DNA of 59,662 bases from assembly GCA_040380145.1 (NCBI GenBank), contig JBEIJQ010000001.1, positions 1-59,662 on the forward strand, read 5' to 3'. The notes below the pieces were generated by a model that saw nothing but the letters and a program-made list of their open reading frames with translations, was not told the DNA's origin and searched no databases. Position numbers and translations under genes: made by a program. Each line of letters begins with the position of its first letter. The stretch's first letter is position 1. Positions 53,755-59,662 of this stretch are shown one piece after another. This DNA is from Lewinellaceae bacterium (GTDB lineage: Bacteria; Bacteroidota; Bacteroidia; Chitinophagales; Saprospiraceae).

Positions 53755-55083
53755 TCAAAGAGCGTTTGGCGGCCGGACATCCCGGCGTCCGATACTGAAG
53801 TATTCGAAGCCTATCTGCTCCATTTTTTTCAGATCGTACAGGTTGCGTCCGTCGAAAACGACGTGGTGCCGAAGCATTTTGGCCATCCGGCCGAAATCGG
53901 GCGTGCGGAAAATGCTCCATTCGGTGACGATCGCCAAGCAATCTGCTCCTTGCAAGGTATCGTAGGGGTCGCCGCACAGTTCGATGGAATCGCCCAAAAA
54001 TCCCCGGACATTTTCCATGGCCGCGGGGTCGTGGGCCCGCACTTTTGCGCCGGCCTCCAACAGGTCGCTGATCAGGTACAGCGCCGGCGCCTCCCGGATG
54101 TCGTCGGTGTTGGGCTTGAACGCCAATCCCCAAACGGCCACGGTGCGACCGGCGAGGGCACCGTCGAAACGGACGGAAATTTTCTCGAAAAGCACGTGCC
54201 GCTGGCGGTCGTTCACGCCGAGCACCGCCCGGAGGATGCGGAAATCGTAGCCGTACTGCCCGGAAGTGTTGATAAGGGCTTTGACATCCTTGGGAAAGCA
54301 ACTGCCCCCGTATCCGGCCCCGGCAAACAAAAACCGCTTGCCGATGCGCGAATCGGAGCCTAGGCCCATGCGCACCATGTCCACATCCGCGCCCAGTCGC
54401 TCGCAGAGGTTGGCGATCTCGTTCATAAAGGAGATGCGCATGGCCAGATAGGCGTTCGCCGCGTACTTGGTGAGTTCGGCCGAGCGGATATCCATGAAAA
54501 CGATGGGGTTGCCCTGGCGGACAAAAGGGGCGTACAATTCTTCCATCAGGGCCTTGGCGCGTTCCGAACCGACGCCCACCACCACGCGGTCGGGCCGCAT
54601 GAAATCTTCAACAGCCACGCCCTCACGCAAAAATTCCGGGTTCGAAACCACATCGAAAAGATCGGCGGGCAAGGTGGCGCCCAAAATCGCCGCCACTGCC
54701 TCCGCCGTTCCGACGGGAACCGTGCTCTTGTCCACCACCACCGTGTAGGTTTTCAACAAGGGGGCCAGGTCGCGGGCCACCCCCAACACATACGAAAGAT
54801 CCGCGGATCCGTCTTCGGCCGAAGGGGTCGGCAGGGCCAGAAAAACGATCTGGGCGTCGGCAACGGCTTCTTCCAAGCGGGTGGTGAAGCGAAGACGGCC
54901 CTGGCGCCGGTTTCGCTCGAACAACAGTTCGAGTCCCGGTTCATAGATCGGGATTTCGCCCCGGTCCAGGGCATCCACCTTGACCGGATCGATGTCCGCA
55001 CAGGTGACATAATTGCCGGTTTCCGCGAAACAGGTGCCGGTGACCAGTCCGACGTAACCGGTGCCGACGATGGCTATGTTCAT
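53755..55083 (-). CDS. ugd: UDP-glucose 6-dehydrogenase
   Basis: ATG 55083 'MNIAIVGTGYVGLVTGTCFAE' and 'GGSCFPKD' catalytic Cys motif. The upstream part of ORF 53755..55254 is non-coding. Confidence 0.9.
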   Translation of the reverse strand: MNIAIVGTGYVGLVTGTCFAETGNYVTCADIDPVKVDALDRGEIPIYEPGLELLFERNRRQGRLRFTTRLEEAVADAQIVFLALPTPSAEDGSADLSYVLGVARDLAPLLKTYTVVVDKSTVPVGTAEAVAAILGATLPADLFDVVSNPEFLREGVAVEDFMRPDRVVVGVGSERAKALMEELYAPFVRQGNPIVFMDIRSAELTKYAANAYLAMRISFMNEIANLCERLGADVDMVRMGLGSDSRIGKRFLFAGAGYGGSCFPKDVKALINTSGQYGYDFRILRAVLGVNDRQRHVLFEKISVRFDGALAGRTVAVWGLAFKPNTDDIREAPALYLISDLLEAGAKVRAHDPAAMENVRGFLGDSIELCGDPYDTLQGADCLAIVTEWSIFRTPDFGRMAKMLRHHVVFDGRNLYDLKKMEQIGFEYFSIGRRDVRPPNAL

Positions 55084-55414
55084 ATCGTCTTGTGCTCGTG
55101 TTCGAAAAGATATGGCCGCTGCGTTCTCCGCCGAACTGCGTTCGGAGGCGGCGTACCTCGAAGGCGCAACGCTCCGTAGCCCGGATTTTCCCGAACGATC
55201 GCATGGATGGGCAGAGGCGTTTGCGGATACATTTTTTTTGGGAAAAAAGAACAAGGTTCCGGTATAAAGGCCGTTTTGGTTACCTTTACACGGCTGACGC
55301 GCAAAAATACGTTGAAGGCCTCAATTCACCTAATAGACTTTTTGTCTGCCCCTGCCCGCTTTCCGGCATCGCTCCGGAAAATACCGCTCGACCGCTGAAC
55401 CTATTCCGTGTCCC

Positions 55415-56281
55415 ATGTGCCGCTGCCTGTCGCTCCTCCTGCTGGTTTTCGTCCCCATGGCCGCCGCGTCCGGTCAATACGTGGATTTCGGGGTGATCGG
55501 TGGACTGGCCAAGTACCAAGGCGATCTAACGCCAAAAGGCGGCGACGTGGAGCTCAATCCCGCCTACGGGATCTTTATCCGGCACCACTTCAACCAGTGG
55601 GCGGCCCTGCGCTGCGGGATCCAGGGCGGAAGGCTCACCGGCAAAGACGCCAACAACCCAGACGATGCGGTCCGTCGCCGCAACCTGAGTTTCCGCGCCC
55701 CGATCACGGAATTTTCCTTCACCGGGGAGTTCAACCTGCTGCCTTATGTGCCGGGCAACGCCAAAAAGGGAATCTCCCCGTTCCTGCAGGCCGGCATCGC
55801 TTTTCTCCATTTCCGCCCACAGGCGCTCATCAACGACCGCTGGATCAATCTCCAGCCGATGGCCACCGAAGGGCAGGGCATGCGCGAATATCCCGGAAAA
55901 CGCCCCTACCAGCTGTTGCAGATCGTTTTCCCCGTGGGCATGGGCCTTCGGTATGCATTGAGCCAAAAGGCCAACATCGGTTTCGATTTCGCTTGGCGTT
56001 TCACCCTCACCGATTATCTCGACGATGTGAGCGGCAACTATGCCGATCCAGCTGTGCTGATGCAGAACCGAGGCGAGCTCAGCGCGGCGCTTTCCAACCG
56101 GACCGCAGAATACACCGGCGTTCCGGCCGTGGATTTCGTGGGTACGCCCCGGGGCGACCCGCGCAACAAGGATTCCTATTTCATCTTCGGACTGTTTTTT
56201 TCCTATAATTTTTATGACCTGGTGCCTTTTTCCCGTTCCGAAAGGATCAAAAAAGTCGAAGAACCCGGCAAGTGGTTCTAA
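55415..56281 (+). CDS. outer-membrane beta-barrel protein (DUF6089-like)
   Basis: Signal peptide, alternating-strand pattern, 'FDFAWRFTLTDYLDDVSGNY' and 'RGDPRNKDSYFIFGLFFSYNF', typical of this Bacteroidota family. Confidence 0.6.
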   Translation: MCRCLSLLLLVFVPMAAASGQYVDFGVIGGLAKYQGDLTPKGGDVELNPAYGIFIRHHFNQWAALRCGIQGGRLTGKDANNPDDAVRRRNLSFRAPITEFSFTGEFNLLPYVPGNAKKGISPFLQAGIAFLHFRPQALINDRWINLQPMATEGQGMREYPGKRPYQLLQIVFPVGMGLRYALSQKANIGFDFAWRFTLTDYLDDVSGNYADPAVLMQNRGELSAALSNRTAEYTGVPAVDFVGTPRGDPRNKDSYFIFGLFFSYNFYDLVPFSRSERIKKVEEPGKWF

Positions 56282-56324
56282 AAACAACTTATTGGAAAAG
56301 AGCATTTTTTATTTTTTAAGAAAA

Positions 56325-57191
56325 ATGAAAATTTACTTCGCGTCCCTTATCCTCCTCGGTTGCCTTTTTTCCCTGGATCTAATGGGGCAACAGGCCCCGG
56401 CGAAAAATCCGATCGTGTTCGGCAGCCGCGATTCCCTTTTCGCTGCGGTGTCGGACAACCAGACTTTTCTCTTGCACCGGGTAAAGTCGGGCCAGTCGCT
56501 CTACGGCCTTTCCAAATTTTACAATCTTCCTGTGGGCGATTTGCAGGCGGCCAATGGAATGGCCGATCCCTCCGTGAAGACGGGCCAGGCGCTGCGCGTC
56601 CCGATCGTGGGCAAAGCCATCCGCAAAAAACGGCCCGACATCAAGAAATCGGCGGATTTCCTGCCCGTTTATTATCGGGTCAGGGAAAAAGAAACGCTTT
56701 ATAAGATCGCCCACGATTATTTCGGCGTCCACACGGACACCCTCATCAAGTTCAACGGACTCAAAAGCGGAACGGTTTCCGTGGGCAAGGTGCTGCTCGT
56801 GGGCTGGTTTCCCCGCAGCGGCGTGCCCGCAGACCTGCCGGGCGGATTCCGCAACGAGGCCCAAAAAAATTACATCGAGCTGAAGACCCGTTACGAAACG
56901 GAAAAAACAACCCGAAAAGTCGTCGAAATGGAAGGCGCCGCGGTTTGGCAAAAAGACGACCGCAGGGCCAGCGAAGCCGCTTTTTTCGCCCGTTTCGACC
57001 AAGCGCCCGCCGGCAGCGTTCTCGAGGTGACCAATCCGAGCATCCCCGTCACGCTTTATGTCAAGGTCATCGCCGACCTGCCCAACGACGCCAAAACCGG
57101 CAATGCGGTCGTGTGGCTTTCGCCCGCCGCGGCCAAATCGCTCGGGGCCATCGACGAAAAATTCTACGTCAAGATCCACTACCTCAAATGA
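56325..57191 (+). CDS. LysM-domain peptidoglycan-binding protein
   Basis: ATG 56325 with a signal peptide. Two LysM motifs: 'HRVKSGQSLYGLSKFYNLPVGDLQAANG' and 'YRVREKETLYKIAHDYFGVHTDTLIKFNGL'. Confidence 0.75.
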   Translation: MKIYFASLILLGCLFSLDLMGQQAPAKNPIVFGSRDSLFAAVSDNQTFLLHRVKSGQSLYGLSKFYNLPVGDLQAANGMADPSVKTGQALRVPIVGKAIRKKRPDIKKSADFLPVYYRVREKETLYKIAHDYFGVHTDTLIKFNGLKSGTVSVGKVLLVGWFPRSGVPADLPGGFRNEAQKNYIELKTRYETEKTTRKVVEMEGAAVWQKDDRRASEAAFFARFDQAPAGSVLEVTNPSIPVTLYVKVIADLPNDAKTGNAVVWLSPAAAKSLGAIDEKFYVKIHYLK

Positions 57192-59662
57192 TCCGCAAAT
57201 TTTCGGCCCTACTGGCAACGGTACTTTTCGCCCAACTTTCGCTCACGGCCCAAAACGGCGAGTTCCTCCATTGGGTGGATCCTTTCATCGGCACCGGCGG
57301 GCACGGGCACACCTACCCGGGCGCCGTGGCTCCCTTCGGAATGGTGCAGCTCTCGCCAGATACGCGCAGCGAAGGCTGGGACGGATGCTCCGGCTACCAC
57401 CGCTCGGATTCGACGATCCTTGGGTTCAGTCATACCCATCTCAGCGGTACCGGAGTGCCCGATTACGCCGATCTGCTGGTGCGCCCGCTGCCCGACCCCG
57501 CCGCCGAGGTGCGGCCCATGCGCTTCGACGACGAAAAAGCGCGGCCGGGCTTGTACGAGGTGCGCCTCGACGGGTCGGTGGCGGCGCAACTGACTGCCAC
57601 GTCCCGCACCGGCTTGCACCGCTATTCGTTCGAACAAGCCGCTCCGGGGCAAAAAGTGGGCATCCGCCTCGATCTGCAGTACCGCGACCTCCTGCTCTCG
57701 CACGCCCTGGAGCAGACCGGCGAACGCGAAGTGACGGGCCATCGGGTTTCGCGCGCTTGGGCCAAAGAACAGCATTTCTACTTCGTCGTCCGGTTTTCCG
57801 AGCCCATCCGAGCAATGACCGCCCCGGACGGCGCAACGGCCATCGCTCACCTGTGGTTCGATTTGCCCAAAAACAAAACCATCGAGTTACGGGTCGGCGT
57901 TTCCGGGACCAGCGTCGAACAGGCGCGCAAAAACCTCGATGCCGAGGCTCCGGACGAACTCAACTTCGAACAGATCCGCTCGGCGACCGAGTCGCTCTGG
58001 GACCGGCAGTTGGGACAGATCGTGGTGGCCGGCGGCCAAGAGGCCGACATCGTGAAATTCTACACGGCTCTTTACCATTGTTTCGTGGTGCCGAATGTAT
58101 GGAGCGATGCGGACGGAACTTATCGTGGGATGGACGGCAGCATCCACCGCGCCGAGGGCTACGACCACTACACCGTTTTTTCGCTTTGGGACACCTATCG
58201 GACCTGGCATCCGCTGATGACGATCCTCGACCCCGAGCGCACGGAACATTTCGTGCGGACTTTTCTCGCGCAGTTCGACCAACAGGGGCGCCTGCCCGTG
58301 TGGGAACTGGCGGGCAACGAGACGGACTGCATGATCGGGTACCATTCCGTGTCCGTCATCGCAGATGCCTATCTCAAGGGGATCCGCGGCTTCGATGCGG
58401 AGAAGGCCCTTTCGGCCATGGTGGCCACCGCCTCTCGGGATGCGCGGGGACTAAAGGATTTCCGGGAACTGGGTTTTCTTCGGGGAGAAAAAGAAAGGGA
58501 GTCGGTGTCGCAGACCCTCGAATACGCTTACGACGACTGGTGCATCGCCCAAATGGCCGCCGCAATGGGAAAAAACGACGTTTGCACCGAATTTCGCCGT
58601 CGTGCCAGGGGATGGATCAACCTGTTGGATCCCCGAACCGGCCTTTTCCGCCCGCGCATGAACGGCGGTTTCGTGGACAATTTCGATCCCCGAGAGGTCA
58701 ATTTCCATTTCACCGAGGCCAACGCCTGGCAATACGGTTTCAGCGCGCCGCAGGAATTTTCGCTCTGGAGCCGGTGGACACGCCCCGAACGCCTGCTCGA
58801 CAGCCTTTTTTCACAAAATTCCCGCACGACCGGACGCGACCAGGCCGATATCACGGGTTTGATAGGCCAATATGCCCACGGCAACGAGCCCAGCCACCAC
58901 ATCGCTTATATGTACAATTTGGTCGGCCAACCTTGGAAGACCCGGGGCCTCGTCCATACGATTCTGGATTCTCTGTACACCGATCGCCCAGACGGTCTTT
59001 CCGGCAACGAGGACTGCGGACAGATGTCCGCATGGTTCGTGATGAGCGCGATGGGCCTGTATCCGCTCGTGCCCGGCAGCCCTTACTATGCGTTGACGGC
59101 ACCCTTTTTCAGCGACATTACCCTGCAAATGCCCAACGGCCGAAATCTGCGGATCACGGCGCCCTGCACCGATCCTTCATGCGGCCATGTGCGCGAAGTG
59201 CGGCTCAACGGCCGCAAGTTGGACCGCATGTTCGTGACGCACGAAGAGATCGTGGCCGGCGGAACCCTCGAATTTTTGTTCGGTCCCGAACCGGTGTCTT
59301 TCGGCAGCGTCGCCTGGCCGTCTGAACCGACCCTTTGCTCCGCATCGTTCTTGAACGATGTGGAGCCCCTGCTGGTGCCGGTCCCCTCCATCGAAGGAAA
59401 CAAGACTTTTCGGGGAGAAACGGAGGTTTCGATCTTGCATCTTTTCCCAACAGCGGAAATCCGATACACCACGGACGGCAGCGTGCCGACGGCCAAGTCC
59501 AAGCGCTATGTCCGTCCTTTTTTCCTAAAAAAAAATGCCTCGGTGAAGGCCGTTGCCCTGTACAAAGGCCCCCGTGGATGGTTGTCCAGCCAGGTTTCGG
59601 AGGCCGAATTCCGCCAGGTGGTGCAATCGAGGGCCATGCGCTACGAAAAAGGCCGCTATGCC
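57188..59662 (+). CDS. glycoside hydrolase family 92 alpha-mannosidase (3' end beyond window)
   Basis: This frame is not listed in the ORF track because it is open to the window end. ATG 57188 overlaps the LysM stop (ATGA). Signal 'MIRKFSALLATVLFAQLSLTAQ', 'VDPFIGTGGHGHTYPGA...FGMVQLSPDT' and 'GQYAHGNEPSHHIAYMYN...PDGLSGNEDCGQMSAWFVMSAMGLYP'. The frame was checked at 57842, 58862 and 59459. Confidence 0.85.
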   Translation, partial: MIRKFSALLATVLFAQLSLTAQNGEFLHWVDPFIGTGGHGHTYPGAVAPFGMVQLSPDTRSEGWDGCSGYHRSDSTILGFSHTHLSGTGVPDYADLLVRPLPDPAAEVRPMRFDDEKARPGLYEVRLDGSVAAQLTATSRTGLHRYSFEQAAPGQKVGIRLDLQYRDLLLSHALEQTGEREVTGHRVSRAWAKEQHFYFVVRFSEPIRAMTAPDGATAIAHLWFDLPKNKTIELRVGVSGTSVEQARKNLDAEAPDELNFEQIRSATESLWDRQLGQIVVAGGQEADIVKFYTALYHCFVVPNVWSDADGTYRGMDGSIHRAEGYDHYTVFSLWDTYRTWHPLMTILDPERTEHFVRTFLAQFDQQGRLPVWELAGNETDCMIGYHSVSVIADAYLKGIRGFDAEKALSAMVATASRDARGLKDFRELGFLRGEKERESVSQTLEYAYDDWCIAQMAAAMGKNDVCTEFRRRARGWINLLDPRTGLFRPRMNGGFVDNFDPREVNFHFTEANAWQYGFSAPQEFSLWSRWTRPERLLDSLFSQNSRTTGRDQADITGLIGQYAHGNEPSHHIAYMYNLVGQPWKTRGLVHTILDSLYTDRPDGLSGNEDCGQMSAWFVMSAMGLYPLVPGSPYYALTAPFFSDITLQMPNGRNLRITAPCTDPSCGHVREVRLNGRKLDRMFVTHEEIVAGGTLEFLFGPEPVSFGSVAWPSEPTLCSASFLNDVEPLLVPVPSIEGNKTFRGETEVSILHLFPTAEIRYTTDGSVPTAKSKRYVRPFFLKKNASVKAVALYKGPRGWLSSQVSEAEFRQVVQSRAMRYEKGRYA

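Noticed and set aside
57058-59325. 755-aa plus-strand ORF listed over the last 2.3 kb
   Set aside because: It is an Arg/Pro/Gly-rich shadow. The real gene is the GH92 mannosidase in the neighbouring plus frame starting at 57188. That frame is absent from the track only because it runs off the window without a stop.
1-59662. CRISPR arrays, tRNA/rRNA genes, transposases, integrases, prophage genes
   Set aside because: I scanned the spacers and ORF translations. There are no regularly spaced direct repeats, no tRNA-like T-arm (GGTTCGAATCC-type) sequences, and no DDE, tyrosine or serine recombinase motifs.

Overview
A 59.7-kb chromosomal segment from a GC-rich bacterium (about 60% GC in hand-counted samples). 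I assign it to Bacteroidota because two cargo proteins carry type IX secretion (T9SS) C-terminal sorting domains (type A and type B), the window has a SprB repeat and a short ~290-aa primary sigma-70, there is a DUF6089-like outer-membrane protein, and A/T-rich leaders replace Shine-Dalgarno sites. Most of the window is ordinary core genome. It holds housekeeping genes (ftsK, folP, queD, rimM, pcm, gpsA, coaE, rpoD, mdh), many secreted peptidases and glycosidases, and a minus-strand polysaccharide export operon (ugd, UDP-xylose synthase, rfbB, wza-like, wzz-like; 48.2-55.1 kb). I saw no rRNA, tRNA, CRISPR array, transposase or integrase. The one clear accessory element is an AT-rich island of about 2 kb (27.0-29.1 kb). 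It carries a translationally coupled AAA_21-type ABC ATPase and an RloB/AbiLii-like gene, which looks like an AbiL-type anti-phage module. It sits between the terminator of a giant T9SS adhesin gene and an orphan CoxE/YehP-like VWA gene, and it may be co-transcribed with that VWA gene. Both the RloB-like gene and the VWA gene are broken by 1-nt frameshifts inside 7-nt homopolymers, and a third small gene is broken at a C6/G6 hairpin. This pattern suggests either homopolymer sequencing error or real inactivation or phase switching, and it needs read-level checking. Other observations are: a signal-less subtilase-like protein with a degenerate Ser motif; tandem His-rich lipoprotein paralogs below a repeat-rich intergenic region with an orphan terminator; a 33-aa membrane micro-ORF ahead of terC; and a pervasive T-tract/A-tract inverted motif in intergenic spacers. 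All family assignments come from motif recognition by eye, with no database search. Many long ORFs in the supplied track are GC-rich shadow frames and were rejected.
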